Notes: a model not told the origin generated them from the letters alone. 61,734 nucleotides of DNA, filler included, from Sphacelaria rigidula (GCA_964200075.2; 7 parts of 7 records of this genome joined end to end with filler, not necessarily neighbours in it), one strand, 5' to 3'; counted from the whole stretch's first letter, positions 12,595 to 25,225 are shown. Numbers and translations are program-made.

Positions 12595-13732
12595 TTAGTA
12601 TTTGTCTACGAGAGTGCCTGGGGTTGTTGAGCTGTCCCTCGCTTAGTGGCCATGCTAATTCTCCCATGTCTTGAGTCTTTTACTTTCTCCTGTTCTTTCC
12701 CCTTCTACTTCTGCATGGTTCATTGGCAGATCTAAAGTTTTTTTGTTTGTCTCACCCCGATGAACTCGGGGTAAGCTATTTCTCATATGTTTTCTTGGCG
12801 TCTCTCCCCTTTTTTTATTTGATGTCATTTATTTATTTGTTCTGCTTGTTTTGTGTGTTGTCTAGAGTCTCAGGAGAAGTGATGAGAACTCCATGTCTTG
12901 TAAGGGGTAGCAGGGACGGTATTCAAAAGACGAGCCCACGTCATTGACCACAGGTTCCAGATATCGGACTAATGTGCGGAAATAGCAATAAAAGCAATGA
13001 CAAAAACAATAATATTCGAGAATTTGAGGATCATCACCGCCATTAAGAGCATGATTCAATGGACGCACCATATGCAGCAAGCTGCTACATCTGTCCCAAT
13101 GTTCCTCGAGTACTTTATTCAACGTGAGGTGTGACCGAGAGTTATCTTCCCTTCAATTCACCGAAAAAATAAGAACATTTGTGTAGCGAAGCAGTATGAA
13201 TAGGAAATGAGGGAAAAAGTGAAGAATGATGCAAAGCCAGATGGGGCAGCATGCCACACTGCGATAGACCTGTGAGTATATAAGGTACATACACAGGTGT
13301 CGGTGATCACTCCTCATCTATGCTTGTATTGTTTGTAAACATGCGATAAGGCAGATTCCTGTCTCAGTCCTTGTAACGCGGAACCTGACTCATAGTGGGT
13401 TAAGGTGTTTTCTGGACACGACCGGCGATCGGGGTCACCATGCCACCTTAGTATGGTACATCCCCGTCTATGTCAACACACGACCGGTGCAGCATACCCT
13501 CGCGGTCGATCGTTGATGTTGGAGTTGATGAGGGTCTGCGCCTACTGCTCTTGAAGTAGTTATGTTCCGCTTTCATGCACGAGTCCTGCCATGGGCCAAA
13601 CACGTTTTTATACTAGGGCAGCACGACAGTGATTGACCTGAAACCCACAACCTGTTTCAAATACGACGAGCGGTTGTGACCCTCTCAGCAAGATATCACC
13701 ACACCTGCGGTCGGTGATTGTCATCGGAATTC

Positions 13733-13733
<1 letters not shown>

Positions 13734-13763
<30 letters not shown>

Positions 13764-14220
13764 CTTCACATTCAAAACCGTTGCGATATCTGCGCAGTAA
13801 CTTTATATTGGGCATCTGATGCAGACGCCTTCCGTGATCACAGGCTAACTACCCCAAGCTAGGGTAAAAGAAAATCATAAAAGAAAATCAGACCCAGAAA
13901 AAATCACACAGACGCGACATAACAAGAATAAAAAAACAAACGAGCACATGAATAAAATAAAAAATCTAAAATAAGAAGAAAAAGAGGAAGGAAAAAGGAA
14001 TACTGCTAGCCCTTCGGGCTACTGGAGGCAGGGCCCTCTGGTGCACTCAACACGCGAGGCCAAACAGGAAGGGAGCCAACTCGAGAGCCACGATCACCAG
14101 CGAAAGTGATGAGAGTCGCAGGGTTCAATCCTTGTACCTCCAGAGGGACAGCTATACGTACGAATATACTAGGCATAGCAGGAAACCCACCATATACCAA
14201 CACACACCACCTCGGGGGGG
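13734..14220 (-). mobile_element. 5'-truncated 3' UTR fragment of RTE-like LINE family B with (CAA)n tail
   Basis: Reverse complement matches 30960-31410 (CACGGAAGGCGT..GCATCAGATGC..GAAGACAACAAC). Confidence 0.85.
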
Positions 14221-14387
14221 GGAGGGGAGCATGGGCGTCAGCAGTTGCATAGTAGAAAAATATACCGCATGTTAACGCCAGGGATCAACAGGGGATTGCG
14301 ATTTGAGGTACCATCAACAATCCCTCCCCTCCCTTCCCGTCGCCTTCTAATACGCCTTGTTGCCCGCCAAATCTCCGGACCTGGCAG

Positions 14388-14522
14388 TGCTGGTGCGGCA
14401 TCTCCGGAGTGGATCCTTATCAGTACGGCTACTCCGAAAACTGCGACATGAGTTGCGGAGGGGATTCCGCGGAAACCTGTGGTGGCAGACATACCATGGA
14501 CATCTACAAATACTACGACTAA
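14388..14522 (+). CDS. Terminal exon encoding the C-terminal half of a WSC domain
   Basis: After a CAG acceptor it reads CWCGISGVDPYQYGYSENCDMSCGGDSAETCGGRHTMDIYKYYD*, matching the WSC pattern CxCG...C..xC.GD..E.CGG. A decayed N-terminal half (CFLDTTGDR...SPSMST) lies at about 13395-13480. Confidence 0.8.
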   Translation, partial: CWCGISGVDPYQYGYSENCDMSCGGDSAETCGGRHTMDIYKYYD

Positions 14523-16578
14523 CCCCCCCTCTCTCTTGCTTCCCTGCGGGGGGTTTGGTTGTCGAAATATTGGACATGCATGGTGGTAGGTCGTTGGCAA
14601 CAACAAAAATACATAGTCTCGCGTAGGGTGCTTGATGCAAGGCGTGGTTACTGTAGAATAGTTATGCTTCGGGATGGGTGGTCGGGCGGGGGCCGGAAAT
14701 GCCCACGATTCGACACGGGTGAGTCTAAAGGGCTGAAAGTGGTTGTCAAACAGACTCACCCATGGGATGACCTGTTTTATTGAGTATCGAATATGAGGGT
14801 ACCGCTTCGTCTAGTTGCATTCATACACAGAGGTGTGCCAATCCATACTCCTTTTTGCGCGTACCTCGTTTTCATGTCTAAAATAGAGAGTTTCGGAACT
14901 GTAAACTTCATGATATATACTCGTATATATACACACACACTGACAAACGTTATGCCGGCAAACAAAGACCGTTTCCGAAGCCCTCTGTTTGGCTTAAAAG
15001 TTGCGCTCATAAAAGAAGACTACCGACGTACGGTGAGAACATGTTACGGGGTGTCGAAAATAGGCGCGGGCGCTGGAGGGGATGAACATGTGTGCGGATC
15101 GAGTCTCGGAACTGGGTCTACATGCTACGAAAGTCGTACCCAGTGGATCTATTGTCCTTTAATGTAACGGTTGAAAGAGGAAGAAGAGAGAGAACAGATG
15201 ATGTCCAATGGAAAAAAATGGGTACGAAAAGAAAGGCACAGAGTCTACCGGGGAAATGAGGGGGGAAAGGGGTGTGTGATCATTCACATATCCACTTCAT
15301 GTTTTGGGTCTACTGCATTCGTAACGTTATGGAGTAATGAGGGTGGTGATAGTGCTGATGGTAACGTTTGATGATGATTGTGATGCTTATGAAGTTGCCG
15401 TTGAAGAATAGTTTTTCTCGCCCATCTTTCTAACGAAACTCATGAGCAGGATATGTGACTTATTCGACTCATGAATGCAGGGTTGATCCCTTGAGACGAC
15501 CACGGATGCGCCTCGAGGAAGGGGAGGGGTTCAACGTGCGAAAAAAATAACGAGAGGAAAAAAATACATGAATATTATTCTCCCTCCCTCAGCGACGCAA
15601 ACCTTCCCACGCAACCCCGCGCTTAGTTGCGTATGCGTGCATGAAGCATACGTCGGATATGCATAGCGTTCCGCCGCTCACCGATCTGTCCGGATGCCTC
15701 CCCCTGCTCCCGCGTCCACTCGAATTAGGCCTTCCAGTAACCTCTATGACCCACCTTCACAAGATACTACTTAGTATCACGCATGTTGAGGGTGGTTCAC
15801 GCTCATCACTCAAAATTGTGTCACCAGTGACTGCCTTTCGCAATACCCACCCAATAGTCGCGTGCATGATATCAAACTGACCACCATGGACAGCTGAAGA
15901 GCGTGACGTAGCAGGGTTTGTGTGTAAGCCCATAGTGGTGGCGCTAAGGGCGAAAAGGGATATCGGCCAATCAGCGCCCGTCAAATTATTCCGAAATCGA
16001 TATTACGAATTCCAAACCCAATTTTCACTCAATCTCCACATCCTTCAAATCGTAGTGACCGCCATCAGGTTGGAATCTAACGAGAATGTATATATATATA
16101 TATATTTGAAAATGGTTACTGTGGGGTTGAACTATATCCGGAACCGTGATGTTTCGGTGATGTGGGACCCTCTTTACGGTCTCCCTTATATCCGTTGTAG
16201 AAAAGTTCAGATTGCCCTCAAACTTGGCAGTTCCGTGGATATTGATGCTCCAAATAAAAAATAAAATCTTGACACTATTTCAAAGTTTCTCCGATATCTA
16301 CCGGCTTCCGGGGGTCCCAGTATAAAGACCCCCCGGAAGGCGGTACAGAATACCCCAAAAGAAATAACAGTAATGGTCATGAAGATAATAATGATCATCA
16401 TAGTAATCATCATAGTAATCATCGTGATAATCATCATAATAATCATCATCATAGAATGATGCGTCCCGGGATTGTCCAAGGAATATATGTACAAATGTTG
16501 GTCGAGAAACTCGAAAACCTTTACAGTTTTTTTTGCCTTGACGTAGAATTCACCCAAAAAGATTTTTCATGAGTGATG

Positions 16579-17569
16579 CTACGGTAGGGGTGCACAACTA
16601 TTCTCTGAGGTTTCAAGTTGTTAGGAGCCCTTTATCTCATCCAGAACACGACTTACGAAATATGTGAGAGTACGCCAGGATTACTATTCCAATGTGCTGG
16701 GATTTCCCGAATGAATTTGCAAACGGGGATGTCGTGACCCATATCCTTGTGAATCTAGAATCGTTAGGAGCCCCTGAACCAGACAAGATTTTGCGCAAAA
16801 AGTGCACCCCTACCGTAGATTTGCTCTCATACTAGCAACAAGTTAGGGGTTTGCACATCTTAAGCTCACGTCCTCGCACAAACGCGCGAAACTTCACGCC
16901 GTTATTGGGAGCTAGACCCTGAAACTCTGCACAAATATGCTATGGTTCATTACGCAAGTTTCGATGGGCGGGATTTTTCGACTTCTTGATTTTTTCAAAC
17001 CGTTTTCGGGGGTCCGACGGGATCCGTGTCGTTTTTTAGGGTAGTCTTGATTCTGGGACCCCGGGAAACCGGCAATGCATTTTTTTTGTTTGGCGAATGA
17101 GCTGTCGCCGCATAACCCCAGGAAGGCCCCCACAAATTTTCGTGGCCAAACTCGATTAACTGATGCTTGGATTTCCAAGTTCACGTCAAAGAAGGCCCCA
17201 AAACGCCTTTTTATACTGATATCAAGTTGTTTGCGGTTTCAACGTGGCAAGAAAAGGTCCATCGCACAAACGCGAAAAACTTCACGCCGCTCTTAGGAGT
17301 TAGATCCTGAACTTTTTCAGAAATATGCTATGGTCATTGCGCAACTTTGGACACAGGTTTTTTTCTCTTTCGACCGTTTTACGGGGGTCCAAATGGATCG
17401 AAGTTTCTCCGAAAAAAATGGAACTAAACGGTGAAAAAAAAAAGTAGAAAAAACTGGACCTTCGAAAGTTGCGTAGCTCTAATAGCCCAGAGCAGAGCAA
17501 TGCTACGGTAGGGGTGCACTTTTTTCGCGAAATTTTGCCTGGTTTAGGGGCTCCTAACAATTGCAGATG
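16579..17569. mobile_element. Non-autonomous DNA-transposon-like region of nested inverted and direct repeats
   Basis: 17-bp perfect IR CTACGGTAGGGGTGCAC at 16579-16595, 16802-16818 (inverted) and 17503-17519. About 75-bp IR 16753-16827 vs 17494-17568. About 140-bp direct repeat 16874-17020 vs 17262-17400. Confidence 0.7.
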
Positions 17570-19702
17570 NNNNNNNNNNNNNNNNNNNNNNNNNNNNNNN
17601 NNNNNNNNNNNNNTTAATTAATTAANNNNNNNNNNNNNNNNNNNNNNNNNNNNNNNNNNNNNNNNNNNNAAATGGGCGGGGCACAGCCATATTGGCGAGC
17701 GTTTGGCGTCTTGGCCGGCCCAGCTCGTATGCAGGTCTGACTGAGTTTGTCTGCTAGTTGGAAGACGTCGACGGCGTAGGAATATCAAATGACCGGAAAA
17801 CCAGTCTTCCCTCGCTCAGCGACACGTTCGTCGGGGATTCTGCCACCTATGCGCCACATCATGAGAAGGAAACAGAAGGGGGGGAGGAAACGCAACAACA
17901 GCAACGGGAGCAAAGACATTTTCTTATGCGTCACGATTAGGAAACGAGACTAGACGACAGACATCTCGGACACAAATAGCAACAAAAGCCGTTAGTTTCG
18001 GAGAAAAACATTCAGATTGGTATCGAGAATCCGTTCAAAAACACTCACACACACATCATCTCAATAGAAGGTGTGATTGGGTTGTTGTGACGTGGACCAG
18101 CAGCGAAGGGGCCACTTTCTCCGCCTAAGGAACTACAACAATAGAACCCAGGCGGAGACGGAAAATGACCACACTTCAAGACAGGCAGTGTCGAACACGT
18201 GAGTACGCGTAGTGGGTACGAGGACAGGAGGGAATCACAAAAATCAATGGACCACTTACAATCACAACATGATTTGCGCTGAATGCGCACGGCAGCATGG
18301 CACCCGTCACCGTTGCCCTCGACGATCACGTGATCACACATGCCTCCTGTATGCTGCGTCACTTCCAACCGAACCCTGGATCAGCCCTCCCGTAACTCGC
18401 AGACTCTCATTCCTTTCTTTTTTCTTGTTTTATTCAGTTATTTTTTAGTGGGCGCAGTCAACTCACGTTCGTCCTCGCGATTCAGGACAACGACAACCAG
18501 AAAACACAACTTCGAAAATCGGATTTGAAACCCCAATATATACACATATATACATGTACAGTATATATATATATATATATTTATTACTCCGACACGAAAC
18601 AATCAAGGAGAAACCACTCATGAATACACTACTTGTACGAAGTGGAACGGAGTAAAGTCCTTGAACGTCATAATCCAGCAAACAGGAGACGTGCGTGAGC
18701 CCCACAGTCGACACAAGGTGCCACGTTGCACTTGTGTTTCGGCGCAAATCGTGTTGTCTTTGCAGTTGTAGCCTACTCAAACACGGCGAATCAACAGCAC
18801 AAAGTAGCAACATATAGCTTCCTCCTCGACCTCCTCCCCTCTGCCCTACTGCCCCGTACTGTGTAGGTATCCCGTTGTGTCGCTACCAACTGAACTTAAT
18901 AGAGAAACCTGTACCCTACTCTATTAAGGGTACTGTATGTCTACTCACCAGGCCTGGTAAACTGTCTGGATCATGACATGTGGTGAAGGTGTCCGCCACG
19001 CCTACGAGTTCGGCATCAAACCTCGTCGAAAATATCTGCGGAAACACAGTAGCAGGAACAGAAAAAGCAGCTCTGTGCACTTGGGCTACTTGTTATGTCC
19101 AGAAACAAATCTTGAAAACTGCCTCTCAAGTCCTTCTACGTCGTTTTACGCCCTTCAAGAGGGCTAGGTGGACGTTGAAACCTCGGAATGACTTGCTCTA
19201 CTCGTTGGGACGACGGTTCCAGGACATACTTGCGTTCTCCGGTGGCCGCAGATTATCTTTGGCCAAACTTGCAACTTCAATAACAAATGGCCGAGTTACA
19301 AAAAAAGAGCGGGGAAAGCTGCTCTTTTTGTTTATAACTTGACTACCAGTGATCAAAAATACAACTTGGCCCCAAAAGAGAAACTGCGGGCACTGGGAAA
19401 CGCTTATGTTTCCTGTAACGGATTCAACGACTAGAGCAAGTCATTCCAAGGTACCTCATGAAGGGCGTATAACGACGCAGAAAGACCAACAAGGCAATTT
19501 CCAACAAGTTTCATTTTTTTTCAACACAGGAGAAGCCCCCTTGTGTGTGTTGTCGTCCCATTTATTCTGGGCACCAGTCTATACCTTTCGGTATATGTGG
19601 GCGCATCAGCCGGGGTCACACAGGAGGAAGGTTAACACAGGGAATTTGTCTTCTTTATTTCTTTTTAATACTTCGCCTTCCTTCTGCGGTGCTTGCCTAT
19701 AT

Positions 19703-19904
19703 GTTTTATCGCGAGAGCGGTTCAGCGGTCCTCTTCCCTCGTCAACCGTCAAGTCGAATTTTGTGTACCCACGACATAGTCGCTCTCCACTGCTGAGCAT
19801 GGTGTGAGAAGAGATTCCAGATCGCTCCGGGAATCGAACCCCACAACTCAACCATCGGAAGGTTACAAGGTTACCAACTGAGCCACCGGGGCGACCGACC
19901 GGGC
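19703..19904 (-). mobile_element. tRNA-derived SINE
   Basis: A box TGGCTCAGTTGG and B box GGTTCGATTCC are followed by a non-tRNA body. The acceptor stem is broken. A near-identical head occurs at 52836-52902. Confidence 0.85.
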
Positions 19905-20299
19905 TTAGGCACACACAAATATAAATGGTTAAAGAAAGACATACATTAACTGCCGTGGAATCATGACCACCTCGTATCATACCTTAGCCGAAGTGTTCCC
20001 CGAAAGTCCCGCCAAGGCACGACCCCTGAGGGTGCCGTACACGTGAATGTCCCCATCCGCCATCACCTTCGTTCGCCGTACACCGAAAAAAAAAAAAAGG
20101 AATACCGGGAGCGTTAGGGGAAAAAACAGGAAAACGTGGCAAGCTGTGGAAATCAAAGACTGCCGGAACAAGAAAAAAGTTGCTCAACGGTTCGATCTAG
20201 ATAACCATATTACGGTTCGCGAAAAATGCGGCGCAACCACTTTTACACCGGGTTCAGAGTGCTGAGGGAAACCCTCTCAGTAGTGGAGTTCTGGACTCC

Positions 20300-20420
20300 A
20301 ACACGCGGGAATCTACAGCAGCTTCACAGGTCAACGGAGTCGTGGCCAAAGATACGGCACATGAAGCAGTATCGGTGCATAGCCTACGGGCACTGTAGCA
20401 ACAACCCGTTGACGGGCTTG
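20300..20420 (-). pseudogene. Decayed Cys/His zinc-finger (PHD/C5HCH-like) coding fragment
   Basis: Minus frame LLLQCP*AMHRYCFMCRIFGHDSVDL*SCCRFPRV resembles CP.H.C..C....L..C.RCP fingers of NSD-type proteins. Two in-frame stops. Confidence 0.35.
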
Positions 20421-20647
20421 GTCCAGAAGAAGAAAGGCCATTTAAGGGTGTCACCATAAAAAAAAGCGGCGCAACTGCAGCCATGCACACTGCAGCAAGG
20501 TCTGTTAATTCAACCGTTGCAAACACTTCTGTCGTGGTCAGAAAACGACCCTAAGGATGAAAATGAGCTTTAGAGCGCCATATGTATATATATATCGGAA
20601 GTTAAGAAAAAAGCAGAAACGAAGTTTCGCGTGAGGTATGACCATTT

Positions 20648-20886
20648 CAAGAGTGTATTGGGTAGGGTATTTCCTTCATCTGGGTATTATGAAAAACGGT
20701 GATGAACGTACCCAAAACTCGGGTAGAGTATTGAGATCGTACTCAACAATACGCAGATATTGAGTAGAGTACTGCGACCGTACCCAACTCCACCCAGTAT
20801 TTGGGTAGAGGTTGGTAATCGGCAATTGCATCACGGAATTCGGGAGAGTAAATACCCGGGTACTCACCCTACCCAATACACCCTTG
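20648..20886. mobile_element. MITE with about 21-bp TIR CAAG(A/G)GTGTATTGGGTAGGGT (hAT-like)
   Basis: 22/23 inverted match between 20646-20668 and 20866-20888. The candidate 8-bp TSD matches only 5/8. Confidence 0.75.
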
Positions 20887-23149
20887 AACAATCTACCTCG
20901 CTCGGACTCTATTGATCGGCCGACCAGCTCTCTACGCTGACTGAGCACTCGATGACAACGCAATGAAACGGTAGTAAGCTAGAGGGCAATCGAGCAGCTA
21001 ATCCACCTTGTGGCGGCGACGCTACGGGAGTTGAACTACCCCTTTGCTTAGATATTGTGTCGCTCAGCTCGCAGTAGCAGGTGTATCGCGTGTCCTGGAA
21101 TCCAACTCTGCAGCCTAGTGTATACGTACAAGCTTGCAGTCTTCAGTCTTTAGTCTGCATCCTGTCGTCTGCAAATTCGCCTTGGAAGAGGGGTTCTGTC
21201 CCGTAGATTACAACTGAAAATCACCTACCCAGTGCCCTACGAGGTTTTTGGGTCCCCTAGCCCCCCGTTTTTGGGAGTTCTCGTCTAACGGCTATATTTT
21301 ATGCTTGCCTCCATGTGCCTGGGGAAGATACGGGGGTTTCAGGCAAAAGACACCCTCTCGGGCACGACCTTCTGAAAACGGGCTAAGGCGAAGAAAAGGA
21401 GGCATACCTCAATTTGTCAGGGTCTACGACAAGTGTTGTGCCACCAAAACTAATCATGTGATGGTTAGTGAACCGACAGATGCACTTAAAAACACATACG
21501 AAGTACCGTTTATGACATGCACGTGGCAAAGTGTACGCCTCTCAAATCCCTTGACTATTGGTTGACCCAATGCGACGAAGGACTCGCCCCGAGGAAGAGG
21601 GGAGGGGGGGGGGGGGGGTTCAACATGCGTTACGAAAATAATAATAATAACCAAGCAGTCAATCAATAAGGTAAAACTGTGTCTTGCTCGTCCCTCACCA
21701 CCCTTGCGCAGCCCATGTTTATTCTTTGGGGTGTACTCATGATCATGCTCATTCTTTGGGAAGGGGGGGGGGGGGTAACGTACTGGGGGTTGGTTGGTCG
21801 AAATCACTGAAAATGTATATGAACAAATAAAAAAATCATTCCGAAAAGAACATCATATAATGCATCGTAAATCGATGAAGGATAGACTACTTGTTTCCAC
21901 GTAAAACAGGCCGTACAGCTGTCGAACTTCATTTATCTTCACCTCTCCCCCAGAGCTGACTGCGCCGATGACCACCAAGGATGTCCCGTCCGCATAAACC
22001 TGTCATATTCCGAGAGAACGTGGTTCAATGCGCGACGATTATATCTTCCGGCCACGGATCTGAGCGAGAGGGATACTGTCATAGTTTGAAATATCTAATC
22101 GAATAGACTAAAACAAACTTGATGAAACAGTTTAGCAGACTGCGGCTCCACTTACGGACGGGCTACAACGCTATGCAGTTTGAATGCTGCGCAATATATA
22201 TACATTCAATGGCATCCGGTGTCGACCATCAAATTCGCCCTGCCGTCATTTTCGTCAAAGTCGTGGACGTGTGCCGATCTAGGGGGCTTGCTACCCAAAA
22301 CTTTTATTTTTGTTTTACTGTACAGTACTATATATCTCAAGTATCGTGGTTGAGGATCAACGCCCGGATGAGTAGGGTGACTTGTGTACAGAGTCGAGCT
22401 GGGGAATATCGCAAGGATAGTATCTCGGTGCGGATCATTTCCAAGGTGAGGATGATTCATCATCCAAGTCCGAGATTACCTGGGTGGGGGGGGGGAGGGG
22501 GAACGCTCATCTTGGTGTTCACCCGTAGACCGGACCGTCTCGACGACGATTCAGCTTGAGGGCTGAGTTCGAAGCGGCGGCGAGGTGGACCGCACTCAAA
22601 GTGCTGTGCGAAACTAGAAATGGCGAAGTGCACGGAAAATATTCCTCCCTGTCTCCTGGAGACGACCAAAAAACGAGATATCGTGGTACCACACGCCGCC
22701 ACCCGTGTTGTTTGTTGGCGCAGTCAAGTGTCATCCACCCCGTCCGTTTCATTGACCCATCCTATTACTCCCGGTTTCAACAGATTTCGTCCCGTATACG
22801 AGTACCCCACATGAGCCATTCATCCATCCATCCACCGACCCTTACATCCAACAGTGTTCAAATATGCATCCAAACCTACTCAACATCGACGATTCAACCA
22901 ATCACTCATCGCCATCTGTTCAACACCATCATCCCACCAATTGCTTTCAAAAAGCGGGCAAGTTGACATTTTCGGCCTCTTGATCTTCGAACAACCGAGC
23001 GCTCACTGATGAAGGGGCGAAACGTCCCCCTTTTTCATGAACAAAAGACGTGTTGTGGGCCGAGTCTGCAACGATCACATCTGGGATATCTGTGGCCGCA
23101 CCCCTTTCCTTGCGAGCCTCGGTCATCACAATTCAAATTCCACCGACAA

Positions 23150-23222
23150 TCGATCGCCATGGACTCGAACCCGCGGTCTCTTGTTCCGCAAGCGAACTTT
23201 TCACCTATGAACCGGTGGCCAC
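23150..23222 (-). repeat. Degenerate tRNA-like / SINE head
   Basis: B box GGTTCGAGTCC with tRNA-like spacing; stems poorly paired. Confidence 0.4.
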
Positions 23223-24159
23223 ACCCATTGGCCCTCACCATCATTAAGCGATCGGTTGGTCGATTTTCGCATATTAACTTACCCCCCAGGAAGCGACCCA
23301 GCCGTGATTGGTCATTATCCACGAGATAGATGCACAGTAACACGTCCAGGATAAAACAAAACGGATCGCTCGCAAAAATGCACGATATAGATACTCATCC
23401 CATCTATCCAACATCTACGACCCAACCGTTCACACGTCGGACAGCGCATGAGCTATTAATACCTGAAATAACTAATCGGAGAGAACTCTCAGATCCGTTG
23501 TACCAGAACACGAAACACGTGACAGCAGTGTCCGAGGAGCCAAAGCGTTACTTTCCCGCTAGACCGCGTGCTCAGCGTTCATCGCTGTCGTGAGCTGATA
23601 CGGAAATAGTGGCCCAATGAGCTAGCTCATGATCTGGATCAGTACTCTAATACTAAATAATTACCAGGTAGCTAGATAGCTAGCTTCATGACCTGTCCCA
23701 CGTGTGCAACCGTTCATCCGTCCATCTAACATTTATCGCCCCCTTCCCCCCCCGCCCCCCGACCTATGACGGTAGGTATCGGTTGACAACGACGCCGTAA
23801 AACACGCCACTCACTGCGTAAGCTGGGCAACCAGGTTACCTTTTTTTCCCTCGCTTGCGCTTGTTTTTGCGGGAACCATGATGGTCAACCTAGATCATAG
23901 TGTACGGGGTGGAGAACCCCAACTCCGACAAAAAGGTGATGATCGTACTGTGTAGTCTTTCAATGGTGAGACACCCATGAGGCGGTGTGGGACCCGAACC
24001 CATAAGTGCCTCTGGTGGTGGCGATACCAGAGAAAGAGGTAACCCATTCTAGGCTGTCATCCATAAAAAAACAAACAGTACGTTTCGGGCCGAACAATCT
24101 TAGCCGGATGCAGCTCCCACTTGTTGCGACTCGCGCGCACGGTGCGTCACGCGTGCTGA

Positions 24160-24400
24160 TCGCGAGGCTGGTCCGGCGAAAACCCGGCGTGCTCCGTCCC
24201 GTCTTCGTAGGGATGCGAGATCAATGGTCTGATGACTACGGCAAGCAAGATCATGAGTACACCCCCCACCCACTCACCCAGGGGGTGTTGGGTAGATTGG
24301 AGGACGAGGGTGAGGTGCACTCCTGATCATGCATGCCATAGTCAATGGTCTTATGACTATGGCATGCAAGATCGTGAGTACACCCCTCCCCCCACCCTCG
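24160..24400 (+). mobile_element. Cluster of short poly(C)-ended retroposed elements (subfamily B): two forward copies and one inverted partial copy
   Basis: TCAATGGTCT.ATGACTA.GGCA.GCAAGATC.TGAGTACA+C-run at about 24220-24267 and 24342-24393. The upstream part (24167-24200) matches 35338-35372 on the minus strand. Confidence 0.8.
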
Positions 24401-24479
24401 CCCTCCAATGTACCCAACACCCCTGTCCAATCGTACACAACGCACGCAATACCTGCTGTCCACTCCGCACAGACCCCTG

Positions 24480-25013
24480 ATACACCATGGTCTCCCTGCT
24501 CCTCTCCCCGCCGACGACCCCTGCTTCCTCCTCCTCCTCCTCCTCCTCCTCCACCTCAGGAATCTCCATTCCCTCATCCACATCTTCGGTCCCGCCCGAC
24601 AATGACACATCAAAACCCCTCACATTTTGACTGTCATCATCACCATCACCGTCACCATCGACATCACCCCCGACAGCATTGACTCGCGATTTTAACGGCG
24701 ACGTCAACGGGGCAGCAGTATCCGCAACATCAACAGCAACAGCGGGGGACGGCTCCTCCAATTTAGGAGGGGCCATGGCGGAAGGTCTCGCCTTTGGCAG
24801 GGTCGACCCATCGGACGGAGAGGCATCTTCAGTTACGGGAGAGGCTTCTGGCCCGGACGCGCGCCCTATCTCTTGCTCCCGGGGAACAGAAGAAGCGATT
24901 TCTCGGAGTCTTTTTCGATTTGATGCGCGCACGTCCGCTGCTGTGGTGGTGATGGTGGGGGTATGTCGATTCGTCGGCGACGGCGGTGCTCTTGGCCTAG
25001 CTTGGACCATCAT
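24480..25013 (-). CDS. Probable first exon of a gene with a low-complexity, acidic N-terminus
   Basis: 218-aa ATG-initiated ORF with Pro/Ser/Ala-rich and poly-Glu segments and a basic RKRLR patch. Donor site not fixed. Confidence 0.5.
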
Positions 25014-25172
25014 GAACTTCGGTGAACAACGAGCGGGGCACGCGGAATTTGCAGGAGGAAAATTTGCCGCATCTAAATATACAAGTCGCCATCAATGAAT
25101 CATTTCACACAAGAACAGAAAAGAGGACTAGTTCGACACAGTTTAGTGCATGGCGTACTGATATTTCTACTG

Positions 25173-25175
<3 letters not shown>

Positions 25176-25223
<48 letters not shown>
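25176..25223 (+). repeat. (AG)n microsatellite
   Basis: Read directly from the sequence. Confidence 0.95.

Positions 25224-25225
<2 letters not shown>

Larger units (their letters stand above)
8836..13015 (+). mobile_element. Degenerate RTE-like LINE, family A (AP endonuclease + RT + 3' UTR)
   Basis: APE motifs CDFVALQ, MTDANARTG, LDHILV. RT motifs NYRGISL, EAQCGFRPSR.TIDM, MLYADDAG (about 11310). C-terminal HVVRMHDERLP. Many frameshifts; CAA/TAA-rich tail at about 12980-13015. Confidence 0.92.

Noticed and set aside
16207-16557. Membrane-protein-like ORF (MMMIIMMII...)
   Set aside because: Produced by an ATC/TAA trinucleotide-rich low-complexity tract.
23006-23026. CTGATGA-AGGGGC-GAAACGTC resembling a minimal Penelope-type hammerhead core
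   Set aside because: Stem II and stem I cannot pair, it is a single copy with no Penelope RT nearby, and it overlaps a possible minus-strand exon.
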